Shown piece by piece: positions 30,247 to 39,466 of a stretch of 64,000 nucleotides of DNA. The notes beneath the pieces are model-generated. The model was not told where the DNA came from, did not search any database, and saw nothing but the letters and a program-made list of their open reading frames with translations. The first letter of the stretch is position 1. Each line of letters opens with the position of its first letter. A program made the position numbers and the translations under genes. The stretch is from assembly GCA_018675975.1 (NCBI GenBank), contig JABGXB010000003.1, positions 203,821-267,820 on the forward strand. The letters are read 5' to 3'. This DNA comes from Candidatus Woesearchaeota archaeon (GTDB taxonomy: Archaea > Nanobdellota > Nanobdellia > Woesearchaeales > JABGXB01).

Positions 30247-30264
30247 AATTATACCTCTAATAAT

Positions 30265-30933
30265 TTAATTATTATATTTTTGCGGAAAATGTTTTTTTCC
30301 CCATCCAAAAGGATCACTTTCCCACTCTTCTAATAATTCAAATTCTTTTTTATTAAAATAATTTTCTTCTTTTGCAGCATCTAATAATATTTTATATGTT
30401 AATAATGATCTTGTTTGACAAAGTGGTTCTAAATTCTGAAATGCAGATTCTGCTTTTTCCAATCCATAATTGAAAATTGAAAAACAATAATTACAATCTG
30501 CACCCTCAGCTCTTACAGCATTCACAGCAGCAATAGAACTCCCTCCAGTTGAAATTAAATCTTCAATTAATAAAACTTTTTTTCCTGATGGTTTAACATT
30601 CATACCTTCCATTTGTTTTTCCATACCATGAGTATTTGGTTTATTTCTTACATATACTAATGGTTTCATTAATAAATCTGATAAAGTAACACAAGGTGAA
30701 ACTCCTGCAGTTGAAGTTCCTGCAATAATATCACAATCAATATTTTCATCTTTAACAATTTTAGCAAAACCTTCTGCAAATAATCGTCTATATTCTGAAT
30801 ACCAAAGAAACATTCTATTATCATTATAAATTGGCATAAAATATCCTGAAGCCCATTTAAAGGGATCACTCGGCCTCAACTTAATTGCACCAATTTCTAA
30901 ACCAAATTTTGCTATTTTTTTTTGATAATCCAT
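30265..30933 (-). CDS. pyrE: Orotate phosphoribosyltransferase paralog A (flexible-loop Lys altered)
   Basis: FKWASG..PIYNDNR, YVRNKPNTHG, LLIEDLISTGGS. Confidence 0.9.
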   Translation of the reverse strand: MDYQKKIAKFGLEIGAIKLRPSDPFKWASGYFMPIYNDNRMFLWYSEYRRLFAEGFAKIVKDENIDCDIIAGTSTAGVSPCVTLSDLLMKPLVYVRNKPNTHGMEKQMEGMNVKPSGKKVLLIEDLISTGGSSIAAVNAVRAEGADCNYCFSIFNYGLEKAESAFQNLEPLCQTRSLLTYKILLDAAKEENYFNKKEFELLEEWESDPFGWGKKHFPQKYNN

Positions 30934-31025
30934 ACAAAAGAAATATATTTAATTATTTTATAAAGTAATTGTTACTAGTTGCAAATAATAAAAAGCTCTA
31001 TAAATAAATAAAAAAGTATTTAATT

Positions 31026-31361
31026 ATGAAAGTAATAAAACAAAAGAATCATAAGGATTTCAAAACAATTCAATGCAAAAAAGTAGATCCAATAAAAGAT
31101 TTTAAAATGGATAATAGTTGTTATCTTTTAATTAAAATTGAAGACAAAAAAATACATATTGGAATATGTAATTATGATCATGAAATATTATTAGAATTTA
31201 TTGGAGATAAATCTCAAGATATTTATTATTCAATAATCAATTATGAAAAAGAAAATAATATTGAGTTTTTTACAAAAAAAGAACATTTATGTTATTTAGG
31301 TAAAGAATTAAAAAAAGCTGAATATGCAATAGAAAATAATGCAGAGTATGTTCAAGAATAA
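31026..31361 (+). CDS. DUF4346-like protein
   Basis: C-terminal HLCYLGKELKKAE....YVQE motif. Confidence 0.7.
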   Translation: MKVIKQKNHKDFKTIQCKKVDPIKDFKMDNSCYLLIKIEDKKIHIGICNYDHEILLEFIGDKSQDIYYSIINYEKENNIEFFTKKEHLCYLGKELKKAEYAIENNAEYVQE

Positions 31362-31364
31362 AAA

Positions 31365-32222
31365 TTATATTTTTAATAAATCCCTATCAATCTTTGAAAA
31401 AGCAAATATTTTTTTACCTAAATCTTTTAGTGATGCTCCAATAAAATATAATTCTATATCATCAATAATTATAAATCTATCATGTGATTTATCAAATTTT
31501 GTTATTTTAAGTTTACCATATTGTTCATTGAATTTATTTTTAGCAAATTCTAATTGCTTTGAAATAGTTAAAGTTTTTATTTCAATACTAACTTTTTTAT
31601 TTTTTTCAGATAATATTGCTAAAGTATTTGTATCAACATAATTATCAATTAGAACAATTGACTTTTTTGCTTTTTTTATAATATTTATAATAAATTTATA
31701 AGCATCATAAATTTGACCATTATAAAAAATTCCTTGTTCCAAACTGATTGTTTTATCTTCAATTGCATTGAATATTTTATCAAATTTAATATCATGTTTT
31801 ATTTGTTTTTTCTCTAACAAATCCATTCTGTAAAATAAATGTTCATTTTTAAAAATAAATTTTCGCATTTTCACAAAAGCACGCATTATTTCAATATTTA
31901 CTATGACTGCAATATTTGATTTTAAAATACCAGAAATCATCGCAACACCTTGTTCTGTAAAAACTAAAGGTAAAAAACCACCCGTATATTTTTTTGAAGG
32001 TATCGCATTTTGCGATACCAAAAAATCTAATTCTTCTTTTGTTACTTGAAACATAAAGTCAGAAGGAAATCTACTTTTATTTCTCTTAACTTGTTCACGT
32101 AAACGAAAAGGTTTAATTTCATATAATTTTGCTAAATTTCTATCTAAAATAACATTAATACCTCTTAATTTAAAAATATTGGGTTTAATATCTTCTTCTG
32201 TTTTTAGCTCATATTTTTTCAT
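31365..32222 (-). CDS. ORF6N DNA-binding domain protein with PLD-like C-terminal domain
   Basis: RGINVILDRNLAKLY, VKRN..RFP.DFMFQ, FTEQGVAM, HDRFIIID...GASLKDLGKK. Confidence 0.85.
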   Translation of the reverse strand: MKKYELKTEEDIKPNIFKLRGINVILDRNLAKLYEIKPFRLREQVKRNKSRFPSDFMFQVTKEELDFLVSQNAIPSKKYTGGFLPLVFTEQGVAMISGILKSNIAVIVNIEIMRAFVKMRKFIFKNEHLFYRMDLLEKKQIKHDIKFDKIFNAIEDKTISLEQGIFYNGQIYDAYKFIINIIKKAKKSIVLIDNYVDTNTLAILSEKNKKVSIEIKTLTISKQLEFAKNKFNEQYGKLKITKFDKSHDRFIIIDDIELYFIGASLKDLGKKIFAFSKIDRDLLKI

Positions 32223-32329
32223 TAATATATAATAAAAGACAATTAATCCATATAAACTAAATTCTAAGTTTATTAATTACTTTTCAAAAAAAATGAAATT
32301 AATTCACAATTTTTAGAATTTATTCAAAA

Positions 32330-32920
32330 TTAATTTTCTTCTTTTAATAAATTATTTATTATTTTAAAATCACTAAAAAAATCATCTTTTAAATGTCGTC
32401 TATAAATAATTGCAGCCGGATGATAAATAGGAACTACTTTTACATCCACACCTTGAAAATTAATTTCAATTAACTTACCATGAATTTGTGTTATGCCTTC
32501 AATTTTTTTCATTTCTTTTATATTGCCATTTGCAAGAACGAATTTTGATGAAAAATTTCCAAGTGTACATATTATTTTTGGTTTTAATAATTTAATTTGT
32601 TCAATTAAATAAGGAGTACATAATTCCATTTCTTCATTTTTAGGATCTCTATTTTCAGGAGGACGACATTTTAAAATATTTGCAATAAAAATTTTATTTA
32701 TATCAACATTGTTCTCTTCTAATAATTTATTTAAATTATCTCCAGCTCTGCCACAAAATGGAATACCTTGTTCATCTTCATTTTTACCAGGAGCTTCACC
32801 AATGAAAAGTAAGTCAGGATTTGATGACCCTCTACCAAAAACTACATTAGTACGAGTTTTAGATAATTCACATTTAGTACAAGAAGAACAAACATTTTTT
32901 AAATTTTCAAAGTCAGTCAT
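32330..32920 (-). CDS. udg: Uracil-DNA glycosylase family 4 (Fe-S)
   Basis: CTKCEL, GEAPG..ED.QG.PF.G, KCRPPENR, YHPAA. Confidence 0.94.
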   Translation of the reverse strand: MTDFENLKNVCSSCTKCELSKTRTNVVFGRGSSNPDLLFIGEAPGKNEDEQGIPFCGRAGDNLNKLLEENNVDINKIFIANILKCRPPENRDPKNEEMELCTPYLIEQIKLLKPKIICTLGNFSSKFVLANGNIKEMKKIEGITQIHGKLIEINFQGVDVKVVPIYHPAAIIYRRHLKDDFFSDFKIINNLLKEEN

Positions 32921-32923
32921 AAG

Positions 32924-34189
32924 TTAAGGTTTTTTAAATGTTTTATAAAATTTATTATCCACAGTTCCAATTCCATAAGTCATATTATTAAGTTTAAACA
33001 AAACCTTACAACCGTCTTTGTCTTCTAAACCCATTACATTATTATATAAGTCATCAATACTTTGAAAAAATGAATTTAATATATAACTATAAACTCCATA
33101 ATTATATTCAGTTGGTTGACAGTTCAATTCATGAGAAAATTTAATTGAAGTTCCTTTTCCTTTCCTTGACAAAGTCATACTATAATCATGATTAAATTTT
33201 AAAACATTAACTAAATCATTATCATTAAAATTATTTCCATCCATATTAAAATAAAACTTAATTTTATTTTTTTTAATATTATCCTCTAATAAATCCCTAC
33301 GGTCTAAAATTAAATCATATCCAAGAAAAGGTTTTCCACCAATTTTTTCATAACCCAAATCACAAAAATTATCCAAAATAAAATCAGATAATTTATTAAA
33401 ATTACAATCAATCAATATTTCTAATTCAGAATTTTCAGTTTTAAAATGTTCTAAAAAATTAAAATAAAAAGAAAAATATTTTTTTTGAAAAAATTCTAAT
33501 GTATTTATAACTTCAGCTTTTTGATAATTATCCAATTCATCACTTAACTCACTTACTATAGTATCATAATTATAATTAACTTCTGTATTTTTTTCTTTAT
33601 ATAAAAACGCCCTTCCATTTAATCTAAATAAACTATTAGCATATCCTAAAACATCTTTTCTTAAATTATATATTATTGAATGCGCTTTTTCATCACATTT
33701 TTCTGGACTTTTAAAAATATGATCATGCTCATAGGCAAAAGCTAATGCAATATAACCACTCTTTTCAATACTCAAACCAAGTTCCATTAATTCTCTTATA
33801 ACACCATCAACAACTAAAGTAGTATATGTATTAAAATCAGAAATTAATTTTTTATTTAGATCTGATTTTTTATCCGATAAATGAAAACCATCTCTTATTA
33901 TTGGTTCTAAATTTATTTGTTTAGAAACACCTAATGAATAATTCTCACTCCATTTCTCATTCAAGTTATGTGATTTTGAAAAAGTATATCTAAACTTCGA
34001 ACCATGTCTTTTATTATGTTCAAAAACTCTACTACTCAATTCAAACCCTGAAATAGATTTTTTAAGATCAGTTTTATTACTAGACGTAAAGGATTCAGCC
34101 TCAATTAATAATTCAATACTTTTATTATGAACTAAACCTAATAAAAATGGCATAGTTTCATCTAGAGGCTGGACATCTAATCGAGACAT
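32924..34189 (-). CDS. Hypothetical protein
   Basis: 421-aa ORF 3 bp upstream of udg; no motif recognised. Confidence 0.7.
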   Translation of the reverse strand: MSRLDVQPLDETMPFLLGLVHNKSIELLIEAESFTSSNKTDLKKSISGFELSSRVFEHNKRHGSKFRYTFSKSHNLNEKWSENYSLGVSKQINLEPIIRDGFHLSDKKSDLNKKLISDFNTYTTLVVDGVIRELMELGLSIEKSGYIALAFAYEHDHIFKSPEKCDEKAHSIIYNLRKDVLGYANSLFRLNGRAFLYKEKNTEVNYNYDTIVSELSDELDNYQKAEVINTLEFFQKKYFSFYFNFLEHFKTENSELEILIDCNFNKLSDFILDNFCDLGYEKIGGKPFLGYDLILDRRDLLEDNIKKNKIKFYFNMDGNNFNDNDLVNVLKFNHDYSMTLSRKGKGTSIKFSHELNCQPTEYNYGVYSYILNSFFQSIDDLYNNVMGLEDKDGCKVLFKLNNMTYGIGTVDNKFYKTFKKP

Positions 34190-34273
34190 ATAATAGGTTT
34201 AGTTTAACTAATTTATAAATTATTAATTTACTCTATTAGTTATATTAATAAAACATATTAAAATTAAATATTT

Positions 34274-35083
34274 ATGATAAAAAATTTAATTGATTGTCAC
34301 GCTCATGTAGATTTTAAATTTGATTTAAATAAATTAAAAGATGATGATCCATTTAAAAAACTTGCAAAAACATTTAATACTAAAAAAATAATTGATAATG
34401 CAATTAAAAATAATGTAGTTGCAATAATAAATAATGGAACTAATCCTGAAACTAATAAAAATTGTTTAAAACTATCAAAAGAATTCCCAATAATAAAATC
34501 AGCATTAGGAATGTATCCAACTGATGGTTTGGAATTTAGTGAAACGGAAATAGATAAAGAAATTGAATTTATTAAAAAAAATAAAAAGAATATTATTGCA
34601 ATAGGAGAAATTGGTTTAGATAATTATTTAATTGACATGAATAAAAAACAAAAGAAAAAAATGAATGATAATTTTTTAAAAATGTTAGAACTTGCTTCAT
34701 CAATAAAAAAACCAGTGATTATTCATTCAAGAAAAGCAGAAAAAGAAGTAATTGACATTTTATCATCTTTTGATATTAAAGCACAAATGCATTGCTATGG
34801 AGGAAAATTAAAGTTAGCTAAACAAGCTATTGAACAAGGAATAATATTTTCCATTCCACCAAATATAGTCAAAAATCAAGCATTTGAAAAATTAGTTGAA
34901 ATAACTCCGATAAATCAATTACTTACTGAAACCGATACACCTTTTTTGAGTCCACATAAAGATAAATTAAATGAACCAAGTAATGTAATTTATTCAATTA
35001 AAAAAATTGCAGAAATAAAAGATTTAGACGAACAAGAAACAGCAAATTTAATATTTTCAAATTATCAAAATATATTTCTTTAA
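34274..35083 (+). CDS. tatD: TatD family nuclease
   Basis: DCHAH, GEIGLD, IHSR, HCY, TETDTP. Confidence 0.93.
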   Translation: MIKNLIDCHAHVDFKFDLNKLKDDDPFKKLAKTFNTKKIIDNAIKNNVVAIINNGTNPETNKNCLKLSKEFPIIKSALGMYPTDGLEFSETEIDKEIEFIKKNKKNIIAIGEIGLDNYLIDMNKKQKKKMNDNFLKMLELASSIKKPVIIHSRKAEKEVIDILSSFDIKAQMHCYGGKLKLAKQAIEQGIIFSIPPNIVKNQAFEKLVEITPINQLLTETDTPFLSPHKDKLNEPSNVIYSIKKIAEIKDLDEQETANLIFSNYQNIFL

Positions 35084-36477
35084 ATATTTATTCGCATTTT
35101 ATCTAAATCAAAATAATCAAATTGAGTCCATTCATCATTCGTTCTAATTACTTTCCCATTAGATCCAACTATACTAATTAATTTTCTATCAGGATTAATT
35201 ACACCTGAAAATGATTCTCCATATTTATTAGCAGCCATTCTTACAGCAGTTCCATCTTTTAAATCAATAAAATTAAGACCTGGCTTAATACCATCTTTTT
35301 GGCTTGCTTTAACTAAATGAGGTAAATCACTTGTCTGTTGCGAAAGCTCTTGAGAAATCAAACCAAAATCATCAAAATATCCATGAGGAAAAATTGCCAC
35401 ATTACTTTCAGGATTATAATTTGAACCCAAAATCACATAAGGTACTCCATTTAATTCTCTAATATTAAATGAATCAGGATCCTCATAATTTTCTTCGATA
35501 TGATACATAAACTGATTAATTCTTGAAAATAAATCTCTATCTAATAAATCATCACTCATTTGAATTAATTTATTACTACTCAAATATTCATGAATTAAAT
35601 GTTTTTTAATTTCATATTCAATTTCTTCTTTAGTTGACATATTTTTAATAGTAGAAAATACATTGATTTTAAAATTATTTTTTTCATTATAATTTGTTCG
35701 ATTTAAATATTTTAAAAAGTCATTAGCATCCATTTTTTTTGAAATTTCTATAGACTCCGAAATTACAGAAATATATTCTTTAATTTCATGCTCCACCATT
35801 CTCCAATCATTTGTTAATAATCCCACTTCTTTATTATTAGAATTATAAACTTTAAATATTTCATTAAATGGAATAACAAAATTAGTAAAGGCATAAATAG
35901 ATGCACTCTCTGCAAATAAATGACTATGTCCAAATTGATAATAATTCATTAAAGTTTCTAAATTTAAATTATTATTAAAAAATTCATTTGATTTTAATAC
36001 ATCTCCACCACCAAAAAAAATAAGCTTTCTAGTTTCTTCTTCATCTAAATGTTCTAAATTAACTAATGGCCTAAATTCTAAAGGTGTTCTTCCATAATCA
36101 GAGTCTTTTTTAAATATACTTTCAGTTGGACTTAAAATTGGTTTTTTATCAAAAATTACTCTTAATAAACAATCAACATTACCTGTATACTGACCAAAAT
36201 TAGATTCTAAAAGTCTTTTACTCTCATAAGCTAATCTTTTATCTTGAATATATACTCTCTCTGTTTTACCAATAGTAGTTTTAGGATCAAAAGGGTCTGA
36301 ACTTTCTAATTGAATTTCAGCCTGTGGTTCAATAACATTAACACTACCACCATTCTCTTTATTCAGCCATAAAGCTCCCTCAAAAAGATTTGAAGAATAA
36401 GTTCCAACTTTACCATAAAGTGAATGTTTATACGCTACTGATGCTAAATGTAAGTAATTAAACTGTTGCTGTACCAT
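35080..36477 (-). CDS. Hypothetical protein
   Basis: 465-aa ORF; no family recognised. Confidence 0.7.
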   Translation of the reverse strand: MVQQQFNYLHLASVAYKHSLYGKVGTYSSNLFEGALWLNKENGGSVNVIEPQAEIQLESSDPFDPKTTIGKTERVYIQDKRLAYESKRLLESNFGQYTGNVDCLLRVIFDKKPILSPTESIFKKDSDYGRTPLEFRPLVNLEHLDEEETRKLIFFGGGDVLKSNEFFNNNLNLETLMNYYQFGHSHLFAESASIYAFTNFVIPFNEIFKVYNSNNKEVGLLTNDWRMVEHEIKEYISVISESIEISKKMDANDFLKYLNRTNYNEKNNFKINVFSTIKNMSTKEEIEYEIKKHLIHEYLSSNKLIQMSDDLLDRDLFSRINQFMYHIEENYEDPDSFNIRELNGVPYVILGSNYNPESNVAIFPHGYFDDFGLISQELSQQTSDLPHLVKASQKDGIKPGLNFIDLKDGTAVRMAANKYGESFSGVINPDRKLISIVGSNGKVIRTNDEWTQFDYFDLDKMRINI

Positions 36478-36601
36478 GTTTCCAGATAACTAGAGACAAA
36501 TAAACTATTTTTAAAACTTACTATTTTGTTTATAAACAAAATGAAAAATCAAATATATAACGTTGGAATATTTTAAGTGGAAATAATGGTTCTATAGTGT
36601 C

Positions 36602-37591
36602 ATGGAAAGACTAAATCGAATACTGACTCAAGAAGAGAGAGATCATTTATATACGGCTAATTTAGAATTTAAAGCTAGCCCAAAAGAAAGACAAGCATTA
36701 TTTAACGAATTATTAAACTCAATTGAAAAATTAAAAAGAAATTTAATTTTAACTTCCGACGATATTAAATCTGAAGCAAATTTTGGATTAAAAGATCATA
36801 AAATATTAGAAAATGCCATGAAACACATTAATCAAACATGGCAAAACATTTCACAAATCAATAAAAAGACACACATGGATAGTATACCTGCAGAAGGGCC
36901 ATTAAGAGAATTTTCACATGAATTACATAGTTTTGATAGAAATTTACATGCACATTGGACTAATTTAAATCGCAATGACAATCTCATAAGAAAAATTATT
37001 TATAGAACTCAAGCAATTGAAAAACACTTTTCAAATATTTACAAAAGTTTACTTGCATTAGAACAATTAATGGTTAAAATGAAAAATAATGCATTTGATG
37101 ATGTTAAAGATTTTTCATACCAAATTAGTAGTGTATATTGTAATTTACGCTCATCAATAAACGATATTGAAGAATTATTTAAATTAAAAATTGATAATTC
37201 TGACATAGAAGGCATAATTGATAGTTTAATTATTCTAATAACTAAACTTCCCAAAAAAGAATTGATTAAAAAAACTGGAATAATATTTAAAACAAATTAT
37301 ATAGAATTTAAAGAGGAAGATGCACAAAAATTAAGAGAAGAACTTGCAGATTTAAGAGAATATTTTTCTAAACTTTCAAATTTGGAAGCATTTAAAAAAT
37401 TACACGACATGGATTCGAAATTAAAAAAAGATTCAATACAAACTTTTGAGTCTTATAAAAATATATTAATATTATTAGATAATTTACTATATATGCATTT
37501 TAAAGGTGGAAGAGGTTTAAGACAAATGATTGATGATTTCAAGTCTAAAACAAATGAACTTTTAAACACAAAAATATTTTCACCCATATGA
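36602..37591 (+). CDS. Hypothetical helical protein
   Basis: 329-aa ORF overlapping the next gene by ATGA. Confidence 0.7.
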   Translation: MERLNRILTQEERDHLYTANLEFKASPKERQALFNELLNSIEKLKRNLILTSDDIKSEANFGLKDHKILENAMKHINQTWQNISQINKKTHMDSIPAEGPLREFSHELHSFDRNLHAHWTNLNRNDNLIRKIIYRTQAIEKHFSNIYKSLLALEQLMVKMKNNAFDDVKDFSYQISSVYCNLRSSINDIEELFKLKIDNSDIEGIIDSLIILITKLPKKELIKKTGIIFKTNYIEFKEEDAQKLREELADLREYFSKLSNLEAFKKLHDMDSKLKKDSIQTFESYKNILILLDNLLYMHFKGGRGLRQMIDDFKSKTNELLNTKIFSPI

Positions 37592-38793
37592 AATATAATG
37601 AATTAGTATATCAACCCCAAGAAGATACTCATTTACTATTAGATTCAATTATAAAAAATATTAAAAATCAAAAATTAAATATTCTTGAAATTGGTTGTGG
37701 ATCTGGTTATGTTTCTATTAATCTATTAAAAGAATATAATAATTTAAAAATAACTTGTACTGACATAAATAAAAATGCAATTAAACTTTCAAAAGAAAAT
37801 GCTAAAGAAAATAATATAAAAATTAAATTTATTGAAAGTAATTTGTTTGAAAATATAAAACAAGAATATGATATAATTATATTCAACCCACCTTATTTAC
37901 CACAAGATAAATTAAGTTCTAAACACAGTATTGATACTGCTCTATATGGAGGGAAAAAAGGTTATGAAATCACTCATCAATTTATTGAACAAGTATATAA
38001 TAATTTAAAACCAAATGGAAAAATATTTTTATTATTGTGTTCTTTATCAAAACCTAAAACATCACTTGAATTATTAAATAAATTCAATTATGAATATAAA
38101 TTAATAAAACAAATAAAAATATTTCCAGAAGAATTATTTGTATATGAAATAGAATTTAATGAATTTTTAAAAGAAATGAAAAATAAAAAAATAAAAACTA
38201 TTGAATTTATTTCTAAGGGAAAAAAAGGTAATATATATTCCGGAAATTTAAAAAATAAAAAAATAAAAATAAAACAATTAATTGAAAACAAAAATAATCA
38301 GAGCTTTGTTACAATACAAAATGAAGTTAATTTATTAAATAAATTAAAAAAACAGAGTTTTGTTCAAAAAATAATTGAAAATACAGATAATTATTTCATT
38401 TCCAGTTTTATAGAAGGAATAACATTTGAATCCTGGCTTGAAAAAAATAAATCCAAAAATAATTTTAAAAAAATAATTTTAAAAATATTAGAAATATGTC
38501 AAATATTAGACATACAAAAAATAGATAAAAAAGAAATGGTAAATCCATATAAACACATTTTAATCGATAAAAAAGAAAATGTATATTTTATTGATTTTGA
38601 AAGAAGTAGTATTTGTAAAAATCCCAAAAACATAACTCAAGTAATAAATTATTTTTGTTCTAAAAAAATAAATGATTATTTTAAAAAATTTAATATTAAT
38701 TTAAATATAAAAATATTAAATCAATTATGTAAAAAATATAAAAAAGATTATGATGAAAAAAAATTCAAAGATATAATTAATAATTTATTTTGA
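37588..38793 (+). CDS. HemK/PrmC-type methyltransferase fused to a Ser/Thr kinase-like domain
   Basis: VYQPQEDT, LEIGCGSG, FNPPYL; then GKKGNIY, NEVNLL, KEMVNPYKHIL, IDFER. Confidence 0.85.
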   Translation: MKYNELVYQPQEDTHLLLDSIIKNIKNQKLNILEIGCGSGYVSINLLKEYNNLKITCTDINKNAIKLSKENAKENNIKIKFIESNLFENIKQEYDIIIFNPPYLPQDKLSSKHSIDTALYGGKKGYEITHQFIEQVYNNLKPNGKIFLLLCSLSKPKTSLELLNKFNYEYKLIKQIKIFPEELFVYEIEFNEFLKEMKNKKIKTIEFISKGKKGNIYSGNLKNKKIKIKQLIENKNNQSFVTIQNEVNLLNKLKKQSFVQKIIENTDNYFISSFIEGITFESWLEKNKSKNNFKKIILKILEICQILDIQKIDKKEMVNPYKHILIDKKENVYFIDFERSSICKNPKNITQVINYFCSKKINDYFKKFNINLNIKILNQLCKKYKKDYDEKKFKDIINNLF

Positions 38794-39147
38794 ATTATTT
38801 TTAAAAGAATGTAATTTTAAATATAAATTTAATAAATTATTATTTAATTCACCATATTTTTCAAATAATTCAGGATATTTTCTTGAAGAATCTACATAAT
38901 CATCAATTTGTTTAAATGTAAACCCAGATTTATAATAATCTTCATTAATTTGAGAATCGCATGAATTAATAATTTTATATAACTCAGGTTCTATTTTTTT
39001 TATAAAAAAATAAGTCCTTGTTAATTTTGATAAATCATCTTCAAAACTAATTTTACTATTTGAAATCGTTTCTAAATTTTTTTTTTGAAAAATTAAACCA
39101 TAAAAAAAATTAAGTACTGAATTTTTTGAAAATTTATCTATTGTCAC
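38785..39147 (-). CDS. Hypothetical protein
   Basis: 120-aa ORF, GTG start, TATA-like sequence upstream. Confidence 0.5.
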   Translation of the reverse strand: MTIDKFSKNSVLNFFYGLIFQKKNLETISNSKISFEDDLSKLTRTYFFIKKIEPELYKIINSCDSQINEDYYKSGFTFKQIDDYVDSSRKYPELFEKYGELNNNLLNLYLKLHSFKNNSK

Positions 39148-39261
39148 ACTTAATCATAATTAATTTAATTTATAATAATTAAGAAACAATTTTACATGTA
39201 AAAAAACCAAAATAAATTATATAGTAGAATATAACTTAATTTATAAATTAAAAATAAATCT

Positions 39262-39397
39262 CAGTCATAGTGGTGGCTTGATTTATAATAATTTGATGCC
39301 TTGGGCATTGAAACGTTATAATTGAGCTTTTTGAAGTAATTGGGTATTTATATCCAATAAAAAATGATAATTGCCACCTTAACGGGTGGCATTTTTT
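39262..39397 (+). ncRNA. Candidate structured non-coding RNA (unassigned)
   Basis: Locally GC-enriched island with three hairpins, upstream TTTATAAA (39240-39247) and terminal U-tract. Confidence 0.55.
39372..39397 (+). terminator. Hairpin plus U-tract
   Basis: TGCCACC-TTAACG-GGTGGCA followed by TTTTTT. Confidence 0.65.
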
Positions 39398-39466
39398 ATA
39401 TATATTTTAACAATTATTTTCTAAACTTCAAAACAAATTTATAAAGAATATTTAATTAAAATTTAT

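Noticed and set aside
39262-39397. 5S rRNA, SRP RNA or tRNA identity for the structured island
   Set aside because: Only the first ~15 nt (GTCATAGTGGTGG) resemble a 5S start; no CCGAAC loop C, no SRP helix-8 motif, no T-loop
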